A DNA stretch of 62,405 nt from Euryarchaeota archaeon UBA58 (GTDB lineage Archaea; Thermoplasmatota; Poseidoniia; Poseidoniales; Thalassarchaeaceae): the NCBI GenBank assembly GCA_002498525.1, contig DAHR01000013.1, positions 131,809 to 194,213 of the forward strand, given 5' to 3'. Every line of letters starts with the position of its first letter. The stretch's first letter is position 1. The notes beneath the pieces are model-generated. The model saw only the letters and a list, made by a program, of their open reading frames with translations. It did no database searches and had not been told where the DNA came from. This document shows, in pieces, positions 16,677 to 25,853 of the stretch. The position numbers and the translations under genes are program-made.

Positions 16677-19388
16677 ATGATGGACTCCAACAACGGCCCA
16701 GCCAGAGCATCGATTCTCATCTTGACGATGCTCTTGACCAGTCTCCTGCTGGCCCTGACCCCGAGTGCCGCCGCTGAAGCGGAAACACGTTCCTCCCACA
16801 CCTATGTCGAACAGTTCGGACCGAGTTTCGACAAGGTGATCATCGCTACTACCGAAGACGATCTGAGTACCCCTCGCGACCTCGCCTTCCACCCCAATTC
16901 AGCTCGACCGAATGAACTCTGGATCGCCAATCGCGCCACCGACAGCATCACCATCGTTCACAACACCGGTTTGGAGGATCAATACTCTGAGAACCGACAA
17001 GACAGTTATGCGAATCACTTCATGGAGGAGATCAGCGCTTTCGCCTTCGGGCAATATGATTCCGAATTCGATTACATATTCGCCTCGGCCCAAGAATCGC
17101 GCAATACGTACAACGGACAGCAATCCCCGAACGATTTCATGGGCCCCGCTCTCTGGCCCTCCTCACTCGACCACTTCGCCGAGGAACATCAGTCGGACAG
17201 CAGGTTGGGCAGTCATCTCGACATGCTGCATGAAAGCCCTCAAGGAATGGGTATCGCCCACGACTCGGGCAATGCCTACTGGTACAACGACGGTCACTAT
17301 GGGGAATTGGTGTATTATGACTTCAGCTCAGACCACGACACCGGTGGCGACGACCACGATGACGGCATCGTTAGGCGTTACAGCGAGATCACTCCGACCC
17401 GCAGGGTGGGCGTCCCCGGCCACATGATACTCGACAAGTCGAACGGCATCCTCTACATCGCCGACACCGGTGCTGGCAGAGTTCTCTGGGTCAATACCGA
17501 CGACACCAGCACGACGACGACGAACATCATGGGTTCCAGCACGCAGAAGGACTCCTCACTGGCGGAGTATAGCGAAATCACCAATGTCGAATGGGGCGTT
17601 CTCGCTTCCGGACTCGACGACCCATCGGGAATCGCATTGCAAGGTGACAAGCTCTTCGTCTCGCTCAATGGCAATGGCAAAATCAAGGCTTATGGCCTCG
17701 CTGGCAACGGCAAAAGTGCAACCCACCTGCAGACCATCGACACCAATGCTAACTCGATCATGGGCCTAGAAGTAGGGCCGAACGACAAGCTCTACTATGT
17801 CAGTTCGTCAAACAATCGAGTCATCAGAATCGACCCACATCCGGACGCTGACCTCGATTGGATTCGTGACAGCCTGGACGATTGCGACCAGACCTACGGC
17901 ACGAGTACGGAGGACCGAGTGGGGTGTCCAGACCAGGACGGCGACGGTTGGTCCGACGATGGCGATGACTTCTATGCTGACAATACTCAATGGAGCGACA
18001 CTGATTCCGACGGTTACGGCGACAATCCCACGCCCGCGACCACTCCTGACGATTGCCTGTTGACTTGGGGTAACTCGACCATCGACAGGCTCGGTTGTGT
18101 TGACAGGGACGGTGATGGCTGGTCTGATGCCAACGACGAATATCCGAACAACAAGCTGTTGTGGTCAGATGATGACGGGGATGGTTATGCAGACCAATCA
18201 GGGACAAGCATCTCCGACGACTGCCCTGAAGTCTACGGATTCTCGAGTGCAGATCGACTCGGTTGCATCGATACAGACGGTGACGGCTGGTCGGATGCTG
18301 GCGATGATTATCCAGCCGAGTCGACTCAATGGCGCGATACCGATGGTGACGGGTACGGCGACAATGTTGAGGGTAAGGATGGTGATCTCTGTTCGTCGGA
18401 TGAAGGCTACTCTACAATCGATCGCATCGGCTGTCCCGATGCTGACGAAGATGGTTATTCCAATCCCGATGATAGCTGGACAGCCGCGGACGGGGCCGAC
18501 GCATTCCCGATAGATGACACTCAATGGCTCGACTCGGATAGCGACGGCTACGGAGACAATCCCGCGCCTGCGCAACAGGCTGATGACTGCCCCGAGACTT
18601 ACGGCACGAGCATACAGGATCGGCTCGGTTGCCCTGATCTGGATGGCGATGGCTGGTCTGATGAGGGTGATGCCTTCGATATGGATGCGAGCCAGTGGCT
18701 CGATAGTGACGGCGATGGTTACGGTGACAATCCAGCGCCGGCGAATGCGCCCGATGCCTGCCCCGATGACTGGGGTGATTCGACCCTCGACCGATTGGGC
18801 TGTCCAGACAGCGATGGTGACGGCTGGGCCGACCTTGGTGATGCGTTTTCGGATAATGTACGACTTTGGTCTGACTCTGACGGCGATGGATATGCCGACC
18901 AACAGGGAACCAATCTCTCGGATGATTGCCCCGAAGAGACCGGTTCATCGAGCGAGGATCGACTCGGCTGCGTCGATGCCGATGGCGATGGTTGGTCCGA
19001 TGCCGGCGATTCTTATCCCGCAGATGCGTCGCGCCATGTCAAGAGCCTGCTACCGATGATCATGCTGATTCTCGTGGTTCTCGTCGGTGGAACCGCAACG
19101 GGGGTAATTCTGCGCCGACGCGGGAAGGAGGGGCCGATTCCGCACCTCACAGCGCCTGAAATGACTCCGCCACCTGTTCTTGCTCCAGCCGATCCGCCTG
19201 GACTCCCCCCTGAACCACCGGGGCTAGACCCTGAGCCGCCAGTCCCTGAGCCTGAAGCCGAAGAGGTTGGACCACCAATCCCCAAGGAAGGAATTCCAGA
19301 GGGTTGGACCTTGGAGCAATGGAATTACTATGGTCAGGAATGGCTCGATTCCGAAGGTGAAGGAGTCGAAGACGAAGAGGAGAGGTGA
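16677..19388 (+). CDS. Type-I anchored surface protein: NHL-like beta-propeller plus ~7 Cys/Asp-rich Ca-binding modules, TM helix, Pro-rich tail
   Basis: Signal peptide ILILTMLLTSLLLALTPSAAAEA. Propeller-like blades (LYIADTGAGRVLWV, LYYVSSSNNRVIRID). Repeated DDCPxxxGxSxxDRLGCxDxDGDGWSDxGD...QWxDxDGDGYGDN modules. TM helix LLPMIMLILVVLVGGTATGVIL. Confidence 0.85.
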   Translation: MMDSNNGPARASILILTMLLTSLLLALTPSAAAEAETRSSHTYVEQFGPSFDKVIIATTEDDLSTPRDLAFHPNSARPNELWIANRATDSITIVHNTGLEDQYSENRQDSYANHFMEEISAFAFGQYDSEFDYIFASAQESRNTYNGQQSPNDFMGPALWPSSLDHFAEEHQSDSRLGSHLDMLHESPQGMGIAHDSGNAYWYNDGHYGELVYYDFSSDHDTGGDDHDDGIVRRYSEITPTRRVGVPGHMILDKSNGILYIADTGAGRVLWVNTDDTSTTTTNIMGSSTQKDSSLAEYSEITNVEWGVLASGLDDPSGIALQGDKLFVSLNGNGKIKAYGLAGNGKSATHLQTIDTNANSIMGLEVGPNDKLYYVSSSNNRVIRIDPHPDADLDWIRDSLDDCDQTYGTSTEDRVGCPDQDGDGWSDDGDDFYADNTQWSDTDSDGYGDNPTPATTPDDCLLTWGNSTIDRLGCVDRDGDGWSDANDEYPNNKLLWSDDDGDGYADQSGTSISDDCPEVYGFSSADRLGCIDTDGDGWSDAGDDYPAESTQWRDTDGDGYGDNVEGKDGDLCSSDEGYSTIDRIGCPDADEDGYSNPDDSWTAADGADAFPIDDTQWLDSDSDGYGDNPAPAQQADDCPETYGTSIQDRLGCPDLDGDGWSDEGDAFDMDASQWLDSDGDGYGDNPAPANAPDACPDDWGDSTLDRLGCPDSDGDGWADLGDAFSDNVRLWSDSDGDGYADQQGTNLSDDCPEETGSSSEDRLGCVDADGDGWSDAGDSYPADASRHVKSLLPMIMLILVVLVGGTATGVILRRRGKEGPIPHLTAPEMTPPPVLAPADPPGLPPEPPGLDPEPPVPEPEAEEVGPPIPKEGIPEGWTLEQWNYYGQEWLDSEGEGVEDEEER
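17868..19030 (+). repeat. Coding tandem repeat, about 6.5 units of ~56 aa (~168 nt)
   Basis: Units begin DDCDQTYGTSTEDRVGC, DDCLLTWGNSTIDRLGC, DDCPEVYGFSSADRLGC, DLCSSDEGYSTIDRIGC, DDCPETYGTSIQDRLGC, DACPDDWGDSTLDRLGC and DDCPEETGSSSEDRLGC. Confidence 0.85.
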
Positions 19389-19413
19389 TGTTCTCGGCCT
19401 GCCTCGGCAGCCC

Positions 19414-19995
19414 ATGATTGACTGGGGCTCCTACGATTTCCATCCAGTCGTCCATCTTCCTGATGAATATGAAGTCAGGGACTTCACAACTGGGGACTAT
19501 TCACCCTCGAAGTCAGAGTACGATATTGGGCGATACGATGAACTACGCCCCGGAATGTATGCGACAGAACTCTTCGCAGGCGCTCGCTTCCTGCACGTTG
19601 GCATCGATATCGGAGCGCCTGTCGGAACACCTTGCATGGCATTTGCGAACGGCGAAATCTCTCATTTCGGTTACAATCCAGCAGACGGCGATTACGGCAA
19701 CGTCGTCATCACCAAGCATAGACTCGATAGCGCGACTATCTGGGCGCTCTACGGTCACCTCGACGCGGCCTCGATAATCGGTAAATCGGTCGGCCAATTA
19801 GTCACCGCAGGAGAGGTGATCTGCCACATGGGTCCGCGTGAAGAAAACGGCGGTTGGGATCCTCACCTGCACTTCCAACTCTCTTACACCGAGCCAGAGA
19901 CCCACGACCTCCCCGGAGTGGTTGACCCCAAGGACCGCGAAGATGCCTTGGCGAAATATCCGGATCCGAGGCTTGTACTCGGGCCGATTTACTGA
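19414..19995 (+). CDS. M23-family (LytM/lysostaphin-like) metallopeptidase domain protein
   Basis: HxxxD motif in FLHVGIDIGAPVGTP and HxH motif in DPHLHFQLS. ATG 19414 is the first start after the upstream stop. No N-terminal hydrophobic signal is visible. Confidence 0.8.
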   Translation: MIDWGSYDFHPVVHLPDEYEVRDFTTGDYSPSKSEYDIGRYDELRPGMYATELFAGARFLHVGIDIGAPVGTPCMAFANGEISHFGYNPADGDYGNVVITKHRLDSATIWALYGHLDAASIIGKSVGQLVTAGEVICHMGPREENGGWDPHLHFQLSYTEPETHDLPGVVDPKDREDALAKYPDPRLVLGPIY

Positions 19996-21029
19996 ATCGA
20001 AGCGAGATGGGCTTTGAGGCCGTCGATCGAGGCCATCGCGGAGGGGTCAATACCCTGAATCAAGGCCAAGGCGATGCTGATCCAATCGGTCAGATGGGCA
20101 GCGTAGAGAAGGCTCTCCAACAGGCTCTGACCCTCGCAATCGAGAACCCAGGAAGCGTCGCAATCAATATTCTCCATCATCCAATCCATGCGGGCGCGCA
20201 GGCGTGGATTTACCGCACTCGAAGTCATGTAGAGCAGGGCTTGTGAGCCAGAGTCGGCTGCCCATGCGACGATTTCGTTATGATTCATCTCGGGCAGGTC
20301 GACCGGCCGAGCGAATCGGTCGGCATTTTCGTTCAATTGGTTCGCGAAGCGACGAGCCGCGCAGCCGAGCAGGGTCGGCGCGACGATGCCAATCTCACAT
20401 CCAATCATGCCTTGAGCCATGGCAGCCACGCGACCATCACCACCAACGATATCGGCGGACTGCGAGGCGGCACGAAGCCGCCCGAGCATTCCCGACAATT
20501 CATCATCACTCGGCTTCGGAAGAATCCCGAGCGCGAAGCAAACGGCTAGTTGAGTGCCAAGTAAATGTCCGAATGCAGAACGCGGCATCTGACCGGCGGG
20601 AACCGATAAACAGAGTGACTCCTCGCTCTCAGCAAGGAGATCTTCAAGCGCACCGCCAGAGCAGATGCCGACAACGGTTCCACCGTCTTCGAGAACCGCA
20701 CGAACCCCATCCAGAGTCTCCTCGGTGTCGCCCGAGTAGGAGGTTGCGATGACCAGCCAATCCGGCCCCCACCACGAGGGCAGACCGTAGTCACGCCAGA
20801 CCACGAATGGCAAGCCACCAGCATGGTCGGCCAGAGCCGAGAGGAACATCCCACCGGCGCCCGAACCACCCATCCCAAGGCAGAGGACTCCACTCCAATC
20901 GGTATCTGCTTCGACCTCGATTTTAGTCGCCAATGCAGCCTCGAGGTCGTCGACGAAACGACGTGTGAATCCGGCCATGTCGCCAGCGTCGTGAGCAGCT
21001 AGAAGTGCCTCGAAATCCCGCTCGCCCAT
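19989..21029 (-). CDS. Bifunctional phosphoglucose/phosphomannose isomerase (SIS domains)
   Basis: LGMGGSGAGG, SYSGDTEETL and EMNHNEIV motifs. ATG 21029 is preceded by GGAGG and lies 2 nt after the upstream gene's TGA. Confidence 0.8.
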   Translation of the reverse strand: MGERDFEALLAAHDAGDMAGFTRRFVDDLEAALATKIEVEADTDWSGVLCLGMGGSGAGGMFLSALADHAGGLPFVVWRDYGLPSWWGPDWLVIATSYSGDTEETLDGVRAVLEDGGTVVGICSGGALEDLLAESEESLCLSVPAGQMPRSAFGHLLGTQLAVCFALGILPKPSDDELSGMLGRLRAASQSADIVGGDGRVAAMAQGMIGCEIGIVAPTLLGCAARRFANQLNENADRFARPVDLPEMNHNEIVAWAADSGSQALLYMTSSAVNPRLRARMDWMMENIDCDASWVLDCEGQSLLESLLYAAHLTDWISIALALIQGIDPSAMASIDGLKAHLASIQ

Positions 21030-21031
21030 GC

Positions 21032-22084
21032 TCAGTCCTCCGCTACGTGTCCTGGCAACGCCATCCACGAGTCGTCTATGAATCCGATGCGCAGACTCGC
21101 ACCGGAGCCCTCATCATCATAGGGCAGTGCGACGGTCACCACGCGGTAATCGACGGGGTCCATGACCTCAGCCCCTGAAGAGTCGCGATTGAGAATATCA
21201 ACGACTTTCTGGTCATCCAAACGACACACAACGCTAGCCTTCTCCATATCGCGCCAACTGACTCCAGTACGCTGATTATGTTCGAGTCGGCTCAGTGTTG
21301 GACCATCCTTCTGCCAAGCGGAGACAAGCCAATTCTGTCGCTTAAGTCGAACCACATCTCCAAGGGCGTAAGCCGGTTTCCGGTAACTGAGAGTGAGGCG
21401 TGTGACCTCCATCCCATCCCGCATCCCGACGAGTGTTGCCGATTCCTTGATGGTGCCCCCGAAACGCTTGACGAGGCGTCGCGCCCAGGTTTTTGTGAGT
21501 GATTTCGAGCCGAGCTGGAGATCCCATCCTCCAGTAACGGGCCCTTCCTTGGTGATGAAGAACATCGGGTCTGATTCGGCTTCGTCGAGGAGCTCATCGA
21601 GGGTACCTCTGAGTGATTTGAGTTCCTCGTCTGATAGGCGGCGACCAGCGCTTCTGAGTTGCATCGTCGCCTCGAAATAAGCGCCTGCTCTTCGAGTGCA
21701 GGCAGGGCAGACGGCATTGCTCGTCTGAATCAGGACGTCGTGCTCGTCTGCGAAATCGTAGCCCTCGAGTTGGCCCTCGACGGTTACGTGCAGACGGGCT
21801 GTTCGCTCGTCGATCGGCTGGTAGGCTACATCGACGGCTACTTCGGTTGCCCCGCTCACCACATCGAGATTCTCGCGCAATCGATGTTCGCCGAGATCGG
21901 CGTCGTCGATGTTGACCCAGCGTTTCTCGACCTCGTGCTTCGAACACTTGGCACAGCGCTCCTGTTGAATCCTGTCAGGGACTTTCGAAAATGTGGTTCT
22001 GACGCGCAGGCAAGCCTCGCACAGACGCTTGCTGGTCAGAGGTGGTTGCGCGCCGCAAGCAACACAGAATGCTCCGCTGTCCAT
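21032..22084 (-). CDS. NMD3-family protein (archaeal homologue of the 60S export adaptor)
   Basis: N-terminal double zinc-ribbon pattern CVACG...CEAC...CAKC and a further CPAC. Length and layout are typical of archaeal NMD3. Confidence 0.8.
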   Translation of the reverse strand: MDSGAFCVACGAQPPLTSKRLCEACLRVRTTFSKVPDRIQQERCAKCSKHEVEKRWVNIDDADLGEHRLRENLDVVSGATEVAVDVAYQPIDERTARLHVTVEGQLEGYDFADEHDVLIQTSNAVCPACTRRAGAYFEATMQLRSAGRRLSDEELKSLRGTLDELLDEAESDPMFFITKEGPVTGGWDLQLGSKSLTKTWARRLVKRFGGTIKESATLVGMRDGMEVTRLTLSYRKPAYALGDVVRLKRQNWLVSAWQKDGPTLSRLEHNQRTGVSWRDMEKASVVCRLDDQKVVDILNRDSSGAEVMDPVDYRVVTVALPYDDEGSGASLRIGFIDDSWMALPGHVAED

Positions 22085-22205
22085 CGCGCTCCCCCTGCCT
22101 CCGGCAGAAGTGCGTCGTTTGAATGGTTCCCGCGTCGGTCGGGGGTGGATTCTTGCCCTCTGAGGTGAGAAAATCCACCCGATTCAGAGGCAGATGAGTC
22201 AGCAA

Positions 22206-22352
22206 TCATTCCTCATCTGATTGATCCGAATCGGCTAGCGAAGCCAGATCCGCGCGCAGATTCGCGATATCACCGAGCAGAGTCCTGCTGTGATAGCCGA
22301 GCAATCCCAGCATTATCAAATAGGCCAGATAGGCCGAGTAGATACCACTCAA
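22206..22352 (-). CDS. Small single-TM protein, CcmD-like by position (48 codons, below the ORF-track cutoff)
   Basis: My own translation gives (L/M)SGIYSAYLAYLIMLGLLGYHSRTLLGDIANLRADLASLADSDQSDEE*. The TTG start overlaps the ccmC stop (cTTGAg). It has one hydrophobic helix and an acidic tail. The call rests on context only. Confidence 0.35.
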   Translation of the reverse strand: MSGIYSAYLAYLIMLGLLGYHSRTLLGDIANLRADLASLADSDQSDEE

Positions 22353-23098
22353 GAGCCCACCTCCGAATCGAGCTCGACAGGAGCTGCTACAGAATTCTCA
22401 TCGAGGCCTCGCTTGACTCCAACCAACTCAGCAGCCAAGCGATAGCGCAGGTTAGAGAGGCGAACCAGACCTGCGAATACAACACACATCGAGAGGAATC
22501 CAAAGAGCAGAATCATCTTGATCTCTGGGTCTAATCCAGAGTCCTCAGAATCGATGATTAGGACCCCGGGATGCCGCTCCTGATACCAAGTAGTAGCCAG
22601 AGCGGTGATTGGAACCAGCGCGAACCCGAACAGCCCGACGGCCGACAGAGTGTCGCGAGTCTCCTGACTGTCGGCTTGTGACCGGCGAGAGAGGACGAGG
22701 AAGAGAGCGACCGCGGTGAGCAGGGCGAAGGTGTTGAGGCGAAGGTCTCCCCAATCCCACGGCGTCCCCCATTCCGCCGAACCCCAGATCGGCCCCGATG
22801 TGATGACCCCAAGGCCGAAAACCAAACCGAGATCAGACCCGGTCTGGAACCAGATCCAACCGTTTTCGTCGCGCTTCGCATACCACTTCACTGCCCCGAT
22901 GAAGAGCAGAGTGAAGGCCAGAAACGACGACCAGGCGAATGGCACATGGAGGAAGAGAATCCGATACGCCTCGGGCGACTCCCACGACTCTGCGCTGACT
23001 GAAGGTGCGTAGAAAAGGCCGAGCAGTGCTGTGATTGACACGCTTGCGAGGCCGATTGCGAGGAGGTTGAAGCCGGCCTCTTGGCGGGTTGACATCAC
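22349..23098 (-). CDS. ccmC: Heme exporter protein CcmC
   Basis: Trp-rich WWD motif WGTPWDWGDLRLNT, multiple TM helices and conserved His contexts. Confidence 0.85.
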   Translation of the reverse strand: MMSTRQEAGFNLLAIGLASVSITALLGLFYAPSVSAESWESPEAYRILFLHVPFAWSSFLAFTLLFIGAVKWYAKRDENGWIWFQTGSDLGLVFGLGVITSGPIWGSAEWGTPWDWGDLRLNTFALLTAVALFLVLSRRSQADSQETRDTLSAVGLFGFALVPITALATTWYQERHPGVLIIDSEDSGLDPEIKMILLFGFLSMCVVFAGLVRLSNLRYRLAAELVGVKRGLDENSVAAPVELDSEVGS

Positions 23099-23184
23099 CG
23101 AGTCGTCGGGCGGCGCGGTGATGAATCCACCTGATGAAAAATCAGAATGAAACGCGCGTGAGAACGAAATACGTCAAGCCTGAA

Positions 23185-24597
23185 TCAGTCTTCGGGAATG
23201 ATCACTGCGACCGCCCAGATCAGGGCCGCCGAGCCGGTAGCGATGAGCACATCGAGAATCGGCTCGCCCATCGCCAATTCAAAACTCATTCCCGTATCCA
23301 TCAGCGTCGTCAAGGCGCTGGTCAATTCAAGGAAGGGCCAAACCAGGACGAGGAGCAGGAGCGAGCCGGCCGCCGCGCTGGCTCGGCGCAGGTCGGCGAC
23401 CATCAGGTGCAGGGCGGCGGCCGCACAACTGATGTCGATCATCGCCAGAGGTGGAAGCCACAGCCAACGCAGAACCTCATCGTAGACTGCCGAATCGATA
23501 TCACCCGCAAGGACGTACCACGCGAGGTAGGTCAGAGGTATCGGCAGGATGAATGAGGCTCCCATGATTGAGAATGTGGCGCGCGACCACGGACCGATCA
23601 TCGCGCGCCACCAGTCGCCAGAGCGCTCTTCCGCGAGTCGCTTGATGAGCGCAGGCGCTACCACCGCTGCGATGAAGGCAGGGGCGAGAACCAGAGCGGC
23701 GAGGAGGTCATGATTCTCGGCAGTCCGGGGAATGTCAGTGGCCATCGTATAGGTCAGCAGCAAGGCGACCAGGGCAGGCGTTCCGCGGGTAATCGTATCG
23801 AGAGGGTTGCGCTTCTCGATCCTCCACGCCCAAGAGACGAATTCGGAGAAGGCTGAGGCTTCCTGAGCCGCGCTCGGCTCGACCATTTCCACCGCGTCGC
23901 CAAGAGCCTCGCCCGGCTCCGACGTCAACCGACCATTACCAGAGACAGTGATGATGCGGTCAGCTGCGCTGGTCAGTTCTGGGTCATGAGTTGCGATGAC
24001 TATTCCATGTCCGCGAGCCGTCAAAGCGCGCAGCCAACCGATGAGCAAGCGCCGTGAAGCCTCGTCGAGCCCTTCCGAGGGCTCGTCCAACAAGCAGATC
24101 GTGGGTTCTAGGGATAATGCCGCTGGCGCGAGTCCACAAAGCACCGCGAGCCTGCGGCGAAGACCATCGGACAATTGTGATACCGACTCACCGGCTCGAT
24201 GACTCATGCCCCAATCGGTCAGCATCGAAGCGAGCGCATCGGCCGCATCGTCTCGGCCAGCCAAGCGAATGGCGTGGCCGAGGTGTTCTGCAACAGTCTC
24301 CTCACCACAGACAGCGTCGCTCTGCAGGGTCAGACCGATGCCCGCGACACTGCCACGCTCACCCTCCGAATCGCGCACGACCGTCGAATAGGTGGAGAGG
24401 CTCAAACGGACCGAGCCCGCTGCCAGGGAATGCAGGCCGGCGAGGGATTCGAGAAGAGTGGTTTTACCGGAGCCATTGGGTCCGACGAGCGCCACCACTT
24501 CGCCCTCCCTGAGTGCGAAGTCGGCACCGCGCAGCACCTCTCGTGCGCCACGATTGACGACTAGTCCTTCGCCCGTGATGAGAATCCGTCCGCCCAC
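23185..24597 (-). CDS. Fused ABC ATPase + six-helix permease (CcmA-CcmB-like heme exporter)
   Basis: Walker A GPNGSGKTT, ABC signature LSDGLRRR, Walker B CLLDEPSEGLD, then a hydrophobic half of ~220 aa. GTG 24597 is the probable start, because the Arg-rich N-terminal extension in the track looks non-coding. Confidence 0.75.
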   Translation of the reverse strand: MGGRILITGEGLVVNRGAREVLRGADFALREGEVVALVGPNGSGKTTLLESLAGLHSLAAGSVRLSLSTYSTVVRDSEGERGSVAGIGLTLQSDAVCGEETVAEHLGHAIRLAGRDDAADALASMLTDWGMSHRAGESVSQLSDGLRRRLAVLCGLAPAALSLEPTICLLDEPSEGLDEASRRLLIGWLRALTARGHGIVIATHDPELTSAADRIITVSGNGRLTSEPGEALGDAVEMVEPSAAQEASAFSEFVSWAWRIEKRNPLDTITRGTPALVALLLTYTMATDIPRTAENHDLLAALVLAPAFIAAVVAPALIKRLAEERSGDWWRAMIGPWSRATFSIMGASFILPIPLTYLAWYVLAGDIDSAVYDEVLRWLWLPPLAMIDISCAAAALHLMVADLRRASAAAGSLLLLVLVWPFLELTSALTTLMDTGMSFELAMGEPILDVLIATGSAALIWAVAVIIPED

Positions 24598-24683
24598 GCA
24601 GTCTCCACCGACGGCGTGCGTTTGAGTGGTTCCATCGAAGCCCCTATGCCATCGAGCGCGTCGTCGAAGCCCGAGGAAGCAGA

Positions 24684-25721
24684 ATGACTGGGGCGGATTA
24701 CGAAATCCTCTGGTCCGACTTGACGACCGGCGACTACCTCGCAATCGCCCTCTTTCTGGTAATCGCCACAGCCCCCTATGTCGTTGCTGTGAAACAACAG
24801 ACCAGTCTCGCGCTCGCCACCGTTCTCTCGCTGCTGCTGGTCACCTTCTACCAAATGCTCCTCGAACAGGGCTTGTTCGACTTCAAACCGCAATTCTTCC
24901 TCAGTCTGATTCCTGCTCTTGCCAGCGAACCGACTCAGGCTCACAGATTCATCACCGCCGCCTGGCTTCACTCCGGTTGGATCCATGTCCTCGGCAACAT
25001 CATCGTCATCGCCCTTGCCGGCGTCCCGCTGGAGCAGAGGATGGGACCCCGCAGATGGATGGCGATCTACATCATCGGTCTGCTCGGCGGCAACATCGCC
25101 TGGACCCTCGTCCACCCCGATTCAACAACTCCGGCACTCGGTGCATCGGGTGCTGCATTCGGCATACTGGGAGCCTATATGGCCTGTTGGCCGGAGGACC
25201 GGATCGAGTTCCCGATGCTCTTCTTCATCCGTCCTTGGCCGGTCTGGATGATCGCTGCCTTCCGGCTTGGTCTAGAGGTCTACAACATGTACCAGATCGA
25301 AATCAGAACTGGCTCCTCAAACGTCGCTCACATGGCTCACCTCGGCGGCTTCATGCTGGCTTGGGCGCTGGCCCGCACCATCGCCAGAGGTGCTCCTTCA
25401 CCACTCGATGATTCATCGGATATCTCAATCGCCGGCTCGTCGGCCTCGAAGGCCGTGCGAGCCGCTGCGATAGCGAGGATGGGCAGCCTCGAATCTGACC
25501 CTTGGTCCGAGGCTGGAAAAACGCTGGAGGGAGAGTCTGCCCGCATCATGCGAAGACTGCGAGAAGAGGGGGATGAACTCGAGACGCGTAGGGCCTGGTT
25601 GGAGGAGTTGGCCGAGCAGGTGGTCTGTCCGGTTTGCGAGGGCGAGGTTCTGACCAAGTTGCAGGGAGAGAACTGCACGCTGCGATGTGTGATTTCAAGC
25701 AAACACATCCGCTGGCCATGA
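24684..25721 (+). CDS. Rhomboid-family intramembrane serine protease with a C-terminal zinc-ribbon-like tail
   Basis: HSGWIHVLGNI (the position of the rhomboid HxxxN motif, here HVLGN), catalytic GASGAAFG, and AHLGG (catalytic His). The tail reads CPVCEGEV...CTLRC. Confidence 0.85.
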   Translation: MTGADYEILWSDLTTGDYLAIALFLVIATAPYVVAVKQQTSLALATVLSLLLVTFYQMLLEQGLFDFKPQFFLSLIPALASEPTQAHRFITAAWLHSGWIHVLGNIIVIALAGVPLEQRMGPRRWMAIYIIGLLGGNIAWTLVHPDSTTPALGASGAAFGILGAYMACWPEDRIEFPMLFFIRPWPVWMIAAFRLGLEVYNMYQIEIRTGSSNVAHMAHLGGFMLAWALARTIARGAPSPLDDSSDISIAGSSASKAVRAAAIARMGSLESDPWSEAGKTLEGESARIMRRLREEGDELETRRAWLEELAEQVVCPVCEGEVLTKLQGENCTLRCVISSKHIRWP

Positions 25722-25853
25722 GTTTTCGCAGCGATTTCATCCATTGATGGTAAGTCAACGGAGCGCCGCCTGTGGTCTCGATGACGACACTGAGCCGGCT
25801 CCTCGACGGGTTCGGCTTATACCCCGACCGAGTCAGGCTCTGCTTGCAGAGCC

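Noticed and set aside
23134-25411. Long antisense or alternative-frame ORFs in the track (for example 23134-23556, 24054-24512, 24626-25411)
   Set aside because: The translations are Arg/Pro/Ser-rich and low in complexity, as is typical of shadow frames in GC-rich coding DNA. Each lies fully inside a gene with strong motif support (ccmAB, rhomboid).
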